Below, piece after piece: positions 17,961 to 27,403 of a stretch of 27,403 nt of DNA (position 1 is the stretch's first letter; each line of letters opens with the position of its first letter). A model generated the notes under the pieces. That model saw only the letters and a list, made by a program, of their open reading frames with translations, was not told the origin of the DNA and did no database searches. Source of the DNA: Chthonomonadales bacterium (lineage in GTDB: Bacteria; Armatimonadota; Chthonomonadetes; Chthonomonadales; Chthonomonadaceae); contig JBBQPO010000049.1 of NCBI GenBank assembly GCA_038217285.1, positions 1 through 27,403 on the forward strand. The letters run 5' to 3'. The translations under genes and the position numbers were made by a program.

Positions 17961-18148
17961 CGCTCCTGGCGGAGAGCGGCGCACAGTGTACAATGTGACC
18001 GCAGGTTGGCTTCCCCGAAATGCTTTGCTGCCATCACGCGTATAGAACGTGCGAGGGAACATAATTTCTCTGTTCCCGATCCGGCTCCACGACCTTTCTG
18101 TGATCTTCGGGGAAGGCTGAGACGGGTTAGAAATATTCTGGGGGAGAC

Positions 18149-19873
18149 ATGCATCTATACAAATCGTTCCGCCGCGGCACGGCACTGGGTCTGGCTGCGG
18201 CTGGCCTGATGATTTCGGCTGTCGGCGGCAGTGTGCGCGCAGAGGAAAGAGTCCCGGCTACGGTCGAGGCGCTGCTCTATACGACGATGCCTTCGACGGC
18301 GGCCCATCGCCCCGAAATGGCCATGGATGGTGACGCGAACACCTACTTCAAGTCGGCGTATGGCATGAGCGAGGGGGACGATTTTCTGGTGCTCTTATCG
18401 CAGCCCGTTCGCATGCAGGCGTTGCGCATCTCGACCGGAGACACCGACAGGATGGACGTGCTGACGGAAGGAAGCGTCGAAACATCGCCGGATGGGAGCC
18501 ACTACAAAAAGGCGGCGTCTTTCGATAAGGAAGGTGTGGCGGCGGCGTCGCTTCATAACAGGATGGTGCGCTCCGTGCGTATCCGCCTCGGCGCTCGCCG
18601 CGGCGTTCCGGCGCTGGTCATACGCGAGATCCTCCTCCAATCTCGCGTCAACATCGCCCACGTTCAGCTCGGCCCCGGACGAGGCTTCACGGACCTGTCG
18701 CAGGCGCCGGACCTGGCCGACTGGGCGCAGAAAGCGGAACGGCAGATGGAGTCTTTCTGGCCCGATACGGCGGCTATGCTCTACTCGGATCGCTTTCTAA
18801 CCCCGAATATGGTCAACGTGGTCTATCGCACGGGCCCCGACGTGACGCCAGTCGCGGCAACCGGCGGCGGGGTGATGACCGTCAACTCCGCGTGGTGCCG
18901 ACAGCACCCCGAAGATACCGGCCTCACCGTTCACGAGACGGCGCATGTAATTCAGGCGATGTCCGCCTACAATCCCGTTTGGCTGATAGAGGGAATCGCC
19001 GACTACATCCGCTGGATTAAATTCGAGCCCGAAAACTATCGTGTGCGTATCAACCCGCGCACTGCCACCTACCACGACTCCTACCGCACCACCGGGACGT
19101 TTCTGGCATGGTGTGAACTCCACTACGACAATCGTCTCGTCACGCATCTCAACCACGACGTGCGCTTCGGCAACTATACGAATGCCCGCTTCAAGCAGTA
19201 CTGCGGCAAAGACGTCGATGCGCTCTGGTCGGAGTTTGTGGCAGACTACCAGGCCGACCCGGCCCATATCCTCACCGCCCCCGTGCCGCTCGCCGAACGC
19301 CCGCGCAAACTTCCCGTGGTTCGAGTCGGCACCAGCGTACCTGTAGACCTCGCGGCGGCGTTCAACACCGTCGGATTCACGAAGGATGGAACGCCTCTGC
19401 CGAATACAGGGGGCTTCGATGGCGAAGGCTCCTCCTACTCCGCAGCTCTGCTTGGCACCATGCCGGTCAGCAAGGGCATCGCGTTCCATTTAGGCGCTCC
19501 GAACGTCGCGAACGTCGTCGCTTGCAAGGGAGAATCCGTGCTGTTTCCGTCGGGAACCTACACCTCCTTGTGGCTGCTCGGGTCGGGCGTCGAAGGCAGT
19601 CAACTGGCGCAAACCCTGACGGTCACCTATACGGACGGCACGACGGAAACCCTTGCACAGAACTTCAGCGACTGGTTTCTGCCGCAGAGGTTTCCGGGAG
19701 AGAGCCGTGCCGTGACGATGGCCTATCGAAACCTGGCGAACGGGGATAGTGACCCTCGCACGTTCTATGTCTATACCTACGGATTCCAGCTCGATCCGAC
19801 CAAAAAGGTCAAAAGTCTTATACTTCCCGACAATCCGAATGTCAAACTTCTGGCCGTTTCCCTGGCGAACTGA
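18149..19873 (+). CDS. Secreted BSP (basic secretory protein)-family zinc peptidase with N-terminal discoidin-like and C-terminal beta-sandwich domains
   Basis: Signal peptide; AMDGDANTYF (discoidin-like); VHETAHVIQ (HExxH) and WLIEGIADYIRW; C-terminal TVTYTDGTTE...FSDW module. Confidence 0.85.
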   Translation: MHLYKSFRRGTALGLAAAGLMISAVGGSVRAEERVPATVEALLYTTMPSTAAHRPEMAMDGDANTYFKSAYGMSEGDDFLVLLSQPVRMQALRISTGDTDRMDVLTEGSVETSPDGSHYKKAASFDKEGVAAASLHNRMVRSVRIRLGARRGVPALVIREILLQSRVNIAHVQLGPGRGFTDLSQAPDLADWAQKAERQMESFWPDTAAMLYSDRFLTPNMVNVVYRTGPDVTPVAATGGGVMTVNSAWCRQHPEDTGLTVHETAHVIQAMSAYNPVWLIEGIADYIRWIKFEPENYRVRINPRTATYHDSYRTTGTFLAWCELHYDNRLVTHLNHDVRFGNYTNARFKQYCGKDVDALWSEFVADYQADPAHILTAPVPLAERPRKLPVVRVGTSVPVDLAAAFNTVGFTKDGTPLPNTGGFDGEGSSYSAALLGTMPVSKGIAFHLGAPNVANVVACKGESVLFPSGTYTSLWLLGSGVEGSQLAQTLTVTYTDGTTETLAQNFSDWFLPQRFPGESRAVTMAYRNLANGDSDPRTFYVYTYGFQLDPTKKVKSLILPDNPNVKLLAVSLAN

Positions 19874-20019
19874 TTATCGGTCGTTTCACGCCGAACACGC
19901 CGTCGGAGACACGGAGACGTGATAGGACGGCGTCCGCTCTCCAATGGTAGGACGCAAGCTCCTTTTGGAGGACAAGAACTGCTTGCAAAGCAGGATGTGA
20001 GGAGTTCGGGTGACAGAGC

Positions 20020-20054
20020 GAGGCGGGGAGCAGATGGGTTCTGCTCCCCGCCTC
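20020..20054. terminator. Perfect 15-bp hairpin between convergent genes
   Basis: GAGGCGGGGAGCAGA-TGGGT-TCTGCTCCCCGCCTC. Confidence 0.65.
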
Positions 20055-20068
20055 ATCACATTTCCAGG

Positions 20069-20347
20069 TCAGGTTATCTCTCTATCGCATCGGCAGATAG
20101 GAAAGGCTTCGTAAGGAACCCCCGGTTCGGGGGTGAGTGGGAGTTGGTCTCGCCAATGGGTACGGACCCAACTCCAGGGCAGAAAGCCGTCTTGGGGCTC
20201 CTGTCCACAAACCGGGCATCGAGTGAAGTCAAAGGACGGATTGTCCCTATCGCTAAACCCTTGTTGACACGCGCTGCACCAGTGGAACTTATCGATATGC
20301 TTGCCGTAAGCTGAAGAATCGAGATCGAGACTCTCTGGCTTCGTCAA
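20069..20347 (-). CDS. Small Zn-ribbon hypothetical protein (92 aa)
   Basis: AGGAGGTG RBS 6 nt before TTG 20347; CSAC...CPVCG pair. Confidence 0.65.
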   Translation of the reverse strand: MTKPESLDLDSSAYGKHIDKFHWCSACQQGFSDRDNPSFDFTRCPVCGQEPQDGFLPWSWVRTHWRDQLPLTPEPGVPYEAFPICRCDREIT

Positions 20348-20590
20348 TTTATTCACCTCCTGAAACAGTTCCCAATGCGTATGCAGCGGGAATACATCGG
20401 TATACGCAGATAGTGGTCGATATGACCGCAAATCGATGGGTCCATTTGAAGAAAGCGGACTGGAGGCGATCCGCAGAATGAAATCTGCCGATCGCGTCTC
20501 CTTGTGAAGGCATGGAGAACCATTTCGCCGTTCGCCACGTAATCAGATCGGATGCAACGAAATCAATTCGGAAGTGAAGGAGACAGATCG

Positions 20591-22129
20591 ATGGGCGTTC
20601 GCTTTAGGAGCCTTGAATGGCTGCCTGCAGTAGGAAAGACAAGCGTGTTCTTGACTATGCTGATCGCGGTGGTCACAGTGGCTCCGGACAGGTCGGCCGC
20701 GCAAACGCCATCGCCGGACAAAAAACAGGACAAAAAAGTGCCGGTAAAGGCAGGTAAGAAGCCGGCGGACAAGGGAACGAAAGGCGAAAAGAAGTCGGAT
20801 CAACAGGAAGAGAAGCCGCCCGAAAGCAAGCCGCTGCCGGTGATTTCGCCGGACGCGCGGTACGACTATCAGGGCGAGGCGACCTTCATCCTTCAAAACA
20901 TGGACCGGTTTTTTAGCCCCTATGAGGGAACCAACAGCCTGCGCTCGCGCAATGAGACGGAACTCTCGCACTCCTACACGCTCTACCTCGGCGCCCGCCT
21001 GGCCAAGAACCTGGAAGTCTACGTCAATCCGGAGATCGCCTGGGGCAATACCATCAGTGAGAGCCTGGGGCTAAGCGCAAATGGGAACGCCGACGCTCTA
21101 GGTCAGTCCGAGCTGCGTCCGTACCCCTATCTGGCTCGATACTTCGTGCGGTGGCGCATACCGATGAAACATATCGGGCATCATGCGGGAAAAGAGGGTA
21201 TAGCTGCCGAGCAAACCGGTCGCGCTCCCAACGTGATTGCCGGGACAATTCCGGCGCATCGGATCGTTCTCTCCGTCGGTAAAATGGCCGTCAACGACGT
21301 ATTCGACGTAAACTCCTATGCAGACGACCCGCGTACACAGTTCTTGAACGACGCCTTTAACGGCAACCTCGCCTACGATTACGCTCAGGAGACGCGGGGC
21401 TACAATCTGGGGATAACGGCGAACTGGGTCAATCCGAACTGGTCGGTGCGGATCGGCAGCTTCTCTATGCCGACGGTACCGGGAGGAGCGGACCTGGCCT
21501 ATGACCTCAATCGCTCCCACAGTGAACAGGTCGAGGTCGAGATCCATCCACACATTCTCCGGTCACCGCGCCCCGCGACCATTCTGCGCCTGCTCGCTTT
21601 CCGCAATGTCGGCAGCATGGGCGGCTATCGCGATGCCATCGGCGCGCAGATGTTGGGAATGCCTCCGGACCTCGCGCCCGTTCGCAAAGGCGGCGCAAAA
21701 TATGGCTTTGGCCTTAACTTCGAGCAAGGTCTTGCAGATGGGGGAGACACCGGCGTGTTCGGGCGGATCGGCTGGAATGATGGCGGCACCGAAAGCGGTG
21801 GCTTCGAAACCGACCGCTTCCTTTCTCTGGGGGGACAGCTCTCTGGCGCGCGCTGGCATCGCAAGGAAGACCGGGTCGGGGTAGCCGTCGCACAGAGCGA
21901 CCTGACCTCCGCACACAAAGACTATCTGGCGGCAGGCGGACTCGGCGGTCTGGTGGGAGACGGTCAACTGCGCTACGGCTCGGAGCGCGTGGCGGAAGCG
22001 TACTACAGCTACCAGTACTCGAAGCATCTGACGCTCTCACTGGACTATCAGTATGTCAGCAACCCCGGTTACAATCGAGACCGGGGCCCCGTATCGTTCC
22101 TTGCCCTCAGAGCGCATATCCCGTTTTAA
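20591..22129 (+). CDS. OprB-family outer-membrane porin, MnoP-like subgroup
   Basis: YVNPEI, FDVNSYADDPRTQFLN, AYDYAQETRGY, GDGQLRYGSE...EAYY, DYQYVSNPGYNRDRGPV and a terminal Phe; AAGGAG RBS before ATG 20591. Confidence 0.85.
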   Translation: MGVRFRSLEWLPAVGKTSVFLTMLIAVVTVAPDRSAAQTPSPDKKQDKKVPVKAGKKPADKGTKGEKKSDQQEEKPPESKPLPVISPDARYDYQGEATFILQNMDRFFSPYEGTNSLRSRNETELSHSYTLYLGARLAKNLEVYVNPEIAWGNTISESLGLSANGNADALGQSELRPYPYLARYFVRWRIPMKHIGHHAGKEGIAAEQTGRAPNVIAGTIPAHRIVLSVGKMAVNDVFDVNSYADDPRTQFLNDAFNGNLAYDYAQETRGYNLGITANWVNPNWSVRIGSFSMPTVPGGADLAYDLNRSHSEQVEVEIHPHILRSPRPATILRLLAFRNVGSMGGYRDAIGAQMLGMPPDLAPVRKGGAKYGFGLNFEQGLADGGDTGVFGRIGWNDGGTESGGFETDRFLSLGGQLSGARWHRKEDRVGVAVAQSDLTSAHKDYLAAGGLGGLVGDGQLRYGSERVAEAYYSYQYSKHLTLSLDYQYVSNPGYNRDRGPVSFLALRAHIPF

Positions 22130-22270
22130 TTCGGTGCGACGTGACGCAGATGTAAGGATCGGGAAATTAGAGGAGTTGAGCCTGCAAAATTGCCATGTGA
22201 AGGGTACAATAACTCATTCCGAGTTTTGAAACCGTAGCTGCTTTGCCCGCGCAAGGAGGAATTCAATCCT

Positions 22271-25200
22271 ATGGCTCTGCTCCTCCACTCGACCCGTCTA
22301 TCCAGTCGTTTTCTCGCTCTCACTCTGCTCTCGACCACAGGCGCGGTCGGTGCGACCGCGCTGCTCGCCGCGGTGCCGGGCACCCAGGCGGTCCGCCACG
22401 CCGCCTCTCCGGCTGCGCATGTCAAAGCTACTGCTGCGCCTGCTCGTCCTACCGCGCCTTCGGCGTCGAAGGCAGGGCCGGTGCTACTGACCGGGACATG
22501 GCAGAAGAGTTACGATCTCACGGTTGGCAAGGTCGTGGAGATCTCCGTACATCTGGACCGTCCTTCAACCTTGCCCCCGAACGGACGGATCGCGGTGGAG
22601 TGGCGACGGGAGGGCGAGGCCCCGCCGGTCGAAGTGAAGCGGCTCGATATTCCCGCCGCGCCGACCTCCCACTGGCGCAAGCTGCTCCATGCGCTCGATA
22701 GTGATACTTATGTCCTCTATCGTGCTCCCGTGACCGGACGCTACACGCTGACCCTGCATCCCGTCCTCGACGAGGAGCCGGTCGGATCCGTCTCACCTCG
22801 CTGGCGCGAAAAAGGCAATGCGCCGCACCTTGCGGCCCTCTCCGCGCAGACGCCCTGGCCCACTGGAACGGTCGCGGCTGTCTCCGTTGTCGTGCGCCCC
22901 GTCGTGATCGGCGATCAGGCCGAACAGGACCGACTGCGAACCTACGTCGAATGCAAGCCGGATGCCACCCCGGAGCAGGCCCAGACCATAACGCTCAATG
23001 CAGAGGATGACAGCCGCGCCTGGGAGGTGACGGGCAGTGCGGACGACATCGAGTTTTTCGACAATGGGCGCGTCGGGCAATCGGGCGACAACTGGTTCCG
23101 ACTGGAGTACAAGGGCACAGAGCCTCGTCTGCTGACGGCGCAGTTGAGCATGCCGAATCAGGCTGTCGCCGCCCGTGTGCGCTGCTATGCGCTGGACCCC
23201 AAACAGCCCTCTTTCGGGTTAGGGCATGCGGCCTGGAAGCCCGGAGATCCGCTTCTGCCGGTGATCGAGTATGACGAGGGGTTTGAGGAGAACGAGCGGG
23301 TGCACCAGCAGGACGAGAAGCACCGCACGAATATCAGCCGTATCCTGCATCCCGGCAGCGTCTACTTCCTGCGGGTCGAGGCCAATGCGCCGGGTTATCA
23401 GCTTCAGCTCCGCGTCGTGAAGCCTGCGCCGTATACCGACCCACGTCAGGCCATTCGGCAGGGTGTCTACACGCAGATCGGGCAGGTGGACGCCTGGCTG
23501 ACCAACCGCCCGCGCGGCGCGAGTGTGGAGCGGCGCATCCGCGACTCCGGCAATCTACTCGGTACGCAGTGCATGAGCTGCCATACGCAGTCTGGCGTCT
23601 GGGGACCGGCCGTCCCCTTCACGCTGGGCTACCGACCGGAGAACATCCAGAACTACTGGCATCTGACGAATGTGATGTACGAGTGCCTGCGTCCGACCAA
23701 CACGATCAAAGACGCCGCGAACAACACCAGTCTCGCGCCTCTCGACTTCGGGGACGGCCCGGCCGGCACCCGCGCCGCCGGATACAACATCGTCAACGCG
23801 GAGAGGTTCCTCGCGCCCTCGAAACTGCATGCCAAACAGCAGTTGCGCACGGCGAACTATATGCTGGCGTCGAGCGATCCGGGCGGCATCAATGCGGCCG
23901 GGCCGGGCTCCAATGTCGGTCAGGTGGTCGTCTACCTGATGGCGACCGAGATCCTGAAAACCGCCTGGGAGAAGTCCGGCGACCCAAAATATTTCCGGGC
24001 CCTCGAAGCGCGTCTGCATCGTGTCGTGGAGGCAAGTCCGAAATATACGGACGATGTGGCGATCCGCATGGATATTTTTGGGCGTGTGATCCCGATCAAA
24101 GAGTATCCGGCCCTGGCGGAGAAGGCAGACACACAGGAGAAGGCGGCAGGTCTGCTGCCCGTCAAGACCGAAGCGGCCGCCGTCGCGAATCTCGTGGAGC
24201 AGGTGAAGGCGCAGTTGACGCAGGACGAGGCGCGCCTACGCGGTATTCAGAACGCCGACGGCTCCTGGGGCTTCAATCCCGGCAAGTCGCTCGATGCCGG
24301 CAAGACCTGGCAGGCCGCCGACGCCAACTCAGATCCTTCGCCGACCGCCCTCGCCATCACCGCCCTCACCAGCCTGGGCTATGGCAAGGACGACCCGACG
24401 ATCGCGAAAGGCGTCTCCGCCCTGCTGGGGATGCAGAAGCCTGCGGGCCGCTGGAACAAGGCCGCCCTGACCGGCTTTGTCACCACCGCCTATGCGCTGC
24501 ATGCGCTGTCGCGCCTCTACCCGAACACGCCACATCCGCTGCGCCGCGCCGACTATACGCCGAAGCCCAAAGAGACGCTGCTCCAAACTCTGCACCGGGT
24601 GCAGGCGCTGGCGCTGACGGCGGAGCCGAAGTTCACCGACCTCCTGATCCAGGCCGCGCGCCACGACAGCCCGCTGGTGCGCGAATGGGCCATGATCGGG
24701 CTCGGCGCGACGCATACCGCTGAAGGAACCTCGGCTCTGATCGCTGCGCTGGCCGACCACGCGAAACCGGTTCGGGAAGCCGCCATCTGGGCGCTGCGCC
24801 AGACGCTGCTTGACGACAGGGGCTGGGACGCCATGCTGAACGCGGCCGAGCAGGGCAACGACGACACCCGCGCCGGGATCGCCGAAGCGCTCAACATGCG
24901 CGCCGACGCCGTCCTGACCGGAGCCCGCCTCAACTGGACACGCTTGAACCTCCTGTTCGACCGGGGCATGAACCGCGATACGCATCCCGCCGTGCGCGCC
25001 TGGACCGCGAAAGCGGCGTGGCAGTGGTGGGTCTGGAATCCGCCCGTGCGTACCGCCGTCAATGCGGCCTGGGTGACGCTTCTGACCCGCCCGGAGCCCA
25101 ACGCCCTCGTCGAGAACAGCACGCGCTACAGCAGTCAGGCGCTCTTCATCGCCAACGGCCACAAGGCGAACGGCTCCGGCGAACAGCAGTATAAAGAGCT

Positions 25201-26740
25201 GGCGACGCTCTTCACCGCGCTGACCGCCAGGCTGGAGGCTCCCGGCGACCCCGAAACCAAAGCGCGTCTGGCCGCCCGCCTCGTCGGTATCGGCGCGACC
25301 TTCTACGCGACCTCCGGCGGCGATGGCGGCCCCGGACAGATGGGCTATGCGACCCCCGGCTCAGGAGAGATGATGGGCAAGGCCGCCCTCGCCTACCTAG
25401 CCACTGCGGAACAGCGCGCCGACCTGACGGCCCTGCGCGTCGGGCTGGAAGGCGCCGCCAATGTGCCGTATCAGCCTCTGACCAACTACCTCGTGAACTA
25501 CTCGCTGCGCGGCCCGGACGCGCTGCGGCAACTCGCTTCCAGCGCCATCAGCGATCCACGTTCTGTCAGCCTCGCGGCGGTGCCCGAACTGGTCGAGCCG
25601 CAATTGGCGCAGGTGATGCGCGGCGCGATGGAGCCGCCGCGCCGCGAACAGATCTCCGACCCGATCCTGAACCTCTGGGCGCGCGTCAACTGGGTGATTC
25701 CGAAGACGAACGAGCAGCAGCGCAACTTCTTCAGCTTGATCATTCCGCGCCTCGATGTCTACTATATGCCGGATCAACTGAACGGCATGACCGACCCGGC
25801 GAAGCGCAGCGAGGTCGAGAAGATCCAGGAGGCCAATCGCTATCTCGCTGACCGTCTCGGCGAGGTGCTGAAAGAGAACCCGGATCTGCACCAGCGGATC
25901 GTCCTGACCAACTACTTTCCGGAGAAGTTCACCAATCCGCTCCAGGAGCTCTACTGGCTGCGCAACGTCGAATGGATACTGACCTTCAGTCCCGACGACA
26001 AGTCCGCTCCTATCATCAAAACGGTCGTATTCCAGCAGCCTGCTCCGCCGCCGCCGGACCCGATTCTCACAGTGAAAGACCGCGCGCTCCAGCTCTATCT
26101 GGATGCCCTGCGCCCGACCGCCGACCCGAAGGCGCAGGCCGTCGCCATCCGTATGGCCAATCAGACCGCTCTCCGCACCAATCCCGAAGTGATCCGCTCC
26201 CTCGCGGAACTGGTGAAGACTGAGAAAACGCCGGAGCTGAAGGGCATTATCGACAACGTCCTCAAGCAGAGCAACGAGTTTCTGCCTGGCCTTCAGGTCG
26301 AGCTCAAGAAAGAGCATCACGTCTCCGTTCATTTCGATGCGGCCGGAGAGCCTGCCCTGACGAAATCCCAGACCGACGATATTCTCTATTTCCGGGACTA
26401 TGTGCTGCCGGAGCTGACGCGCCAGAAACGCTCTGATCAGCAGGCCTGCATGGGCTGCCACGGCCTGCCCGGCCGCGTTCCCTCGCTCTCTCTGCGCGCT
26501 CCCGACAAGTTCGGTTACATGCCCGTCGCCGATGTGCTGGTGAACTACCGTACGCTTCAGCAGCGCGTCAACCTGACCGACATCGAGCGCAGCAAGCTTC
26601 TGCGCAAGCCACTCAACATCCAGGACGGCAAGGAGGATGGCCATCAAGGGGGGCGTCGCTACGCGCCCGGCGATCCCGGCTACCTCATTCTGCGCCACTG
26701 GGTCGAAAGCCAGTCCGATGTCCAAAAAGCGGCGCACTGA
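22271..26740 (+). CDS. Large secreted protein: beta domains, CxxCH, prenyltransferase/QW-type repeats, HEAT repeats, C-terminal cytochrome c domain
   Basis: Signal peptide; CMSCH (23570-23584); QNADGSWG and QKPAGRW; HEAT repeats (VREWAMIGLG, VREAAIWALR); CMGCH (26447-26461) followed by SKLLRKPL...GHQGG; AAGGAGG RBS. Confidence 0.85.
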   Translation: MALLLHSTRLSSRFLALTLLSTTGAVGATALLAAVPGTQAVRHAASPAAHVKATAAPARPTAPSASKAGPVLLTGTWQKSYDLTVGKVVEISVHLDRPSTLPPNGRIAVEWRREGEAPPVEVKRLDIPAAPTSHWRKLLHALDSDTYVLYRAPVTGRYTLTLHPVLDEEPVGSVSPRWREKGNAPHLAALSAQTPWPTGTVAAVSVVVRPVVIGDQAEQDRLRTYVECKPDATPEQAQTITLNAEDDSRAWEVTGSADDIEFFDNGRVGQSGDNWFRLEYKGTEPRLLTAQLSMPNQAVAARVRCYALDPKQPSFGLGHAAWKPGDPLLPVIEYDEGFEENERVHQQDEKHRTNISRILHPGSVYFLRVEANAPGYQLQLRVVKPAPYTDPRQAIRQGVYTQIGQVDAWLTNRPRGASVERRIRDSGNLLGTQCMSCHTQSGVWGPAVPFTLGYRPENIQNYWHLTNVMYECLRPTNTIKDAANNTSLAPLDFGDGPAGTRAAGYNIVNAERFLAPSKLHAKQQLRTANYMLASSDPGGINAAGPGSNVGQVVVYLMATEILKTAWEKSGDPKYFRALEARLHRVVEASPKYTDDVAIRMDIFGRVIPIKEYPALAEKADTQEKAAGLLPVKTEAAAVANLVEQVKAQLTQDEARLRGIQNADGSWGFNPGKSLDAGKTWQAADANSDPSPTALAITALTSLGYGKDDPTIAKGVSALLGMQKPAGRWNKAALTGFVTTAYALHALSRLYPNTPHPLRRADYTPKPKETLLQTLHRVQALALTAEPKFTDLLIQAARHDSPLVREWAMIGLGATHTAEGTSALIAALADHAKPVREAAIWALRQTLLDDRGWDAMLNAAEQGNDDTRAGIAEALNMRADAVLTGARLNWTRLNLLFDRGMNRDTHPAVRAWTAKAAWQWWVWNPPVRTAVNAAWVTLLTRPEPNALVENSTRYSSQALFIANGHKANGSGEQQYKELATLFTALTARLEAPGDPETKARLAARLVGIGATFYATSGGDGGPGQMGYATPGSGEMMGKAALAYLATAEQRADLTALRVGLEGAANVPYQPLTNYLVNYSLRGPDALRQLASSAISDPRSVSLAAVPELVEPQLAQVMRGAMEPPRREQISDPILNLWARVNWVIPKTNEQQRNFFSLIIPRLDVYYMPDQLNGMTDPAKRSEVEKIQEANRYLADRLGEVLKENPDLHQRIVLTNYFPEKFTNPLQELYWLRNVEWILTFSPDDKSAPIIKTVVFQQPAPPPPDPILTVKDRALQLYLDALRPTADPKAQAVAIRMANQTALRTNPEVIRSLAELVKTEKTPELKGIIDNVLKQSNEFLPGLQVELKKEHHVSVHFDAAGEPALTKSQTDDILYFRDYVLPELTRQKRSDQQACMGCHGLPGRVPSLSLRAPDKFGYMPVADVLVNYRTLQQRVNLTDIERSKLLRKPLNIQDGKEDGHQGGRRYAPGDPGYLILRHWVESQSDVQKAAH

Positions 26741-26952
26741 GACAAATAGGTTAAGGAGGTTCGCCCCGTCGAGCGTCCGGCCCACGACCTTCGCGTTTGA
26801 GTTTGGAGCTATTCTCTTAAACCTTCTGCCGTCCGGTCGTTTGACCGGGTTACCCAACTCCCAACCTCATCCCATCTCGGGAAGTCAAAACGCGTTGTAG
26901 CTGCAGCCAACGCTCGCGTCGTCCGGCAACTACATCGACTTTTTTACGGCCG

Positions 26953-27330
26953 TTATTTGGTCTTGGCTACAGAAACGACCACATTCGAAGCGGACGCTGC
27001 TTGCTCCTCCGTCTGCCCTGTTGCACTCTCGCCTAAGTGTTCGGCGTCGGCGTTATTAGCACGCAGGAGTTGCTGCAGGTCATGGTTCTGTGGATTGTCA
27101 GCCAGGGCAGCGCGAAGCAGAGTGCCCGGACGCTCGGGTGCGGTGCTGCCTCGCAACATTTGTTCGGGGCCGTACCGCAATCGCTCGCGGATCTGCTCGA
27201 TGGAATGGAGTGCCGACTGTTGCAGTGCCGGATCGTCCGTTTTCCTGGCAAAGCGTTCCAGTACCGGTAGAACCGCATCAAACGGTGAAAATGTGAAAAG
27301 TGGGGCATGTCCTTCGTAAGTTTGATTACC
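26953..27330 (-). pseudogene. C-terminal part of a probable HEAT-type helical protein with repeated LLRA tail; 5' part disrupted or outside the window
   Basis: Frame open upstream of the listed ORF: AVLPVLERFARKTDDPALQQSALHSIEQIRERL...MLRGS...TLLRAA...QQLLRA. An in-frame TAA lies further upstream and no minus-strand frame is open to the window edge. Confidence 0.45.
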
Positions 27331-27403
27331 ACATCCAACTTAGGAGGTTTCCATGCACCCACAACCTACATTTTGCCCTAATCTCGACTGTCCGTCAAGA
27401 GGC

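Noticed and set aside
26752-26760. Perfect SD (TAAGGAGGT) after the large CDS
   Set aside because: No start codon at a usable distance.
25397-26857. 486-aa antisense ORF, and similar ORFs at 10896-11981, 6234-7349, 7386-8258 and 23569-24723
   Set aside because: Shadow or alternative frames of well-supported genes in GC-rich DNA, with no recognisable motifs.

Overview
GC-rich bacterial chromosomal window, probably Armatimonadota (inferred from the PEP-CTERM tail style and the LLRA-repeat protein tail; not verified). Intact genes: mntR-mntH, an orphan type IV-like pilin, a divergent Rho paralog, a ferritin-like protein, an NTF2-like secreted protein, an ABM-family membrane protein, a leaderless PhyH-family dioxygenase, a PEP-CTERM protein, a Gfo/Idh/MocA oxidoreductase, cysD-cysN, an FMN reductase, a secreted BSP-type zinc peptidase, a small Zn-ribbon protein, an OprB/MnoP-like porin and a 1489-aa secreted di-haem/QW-repeat/HEAT protein. 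Highlights: (1) a broken ~3.1-kb four-domain NAD gene (NadE + 2OG-Fe(II) oxygenase + eukaryote-like NMNAT + type I PRTase motif); (2) a Rho homolog lacking the Walker A Lys, catalytic Glu and Arg finger; (3) the same ECF-type promoter before the ferritin gene and a hidden VIT1/MbfA pseudogene; (4) a 28-bp motif present twice (25/28 identical); (5) a 99-bp inverted repeat built of 9-nt units. No rRNA, tRNA, CRISPR array or transposase was recognised. All family calls come from motif recognition by eye, not from database searches.
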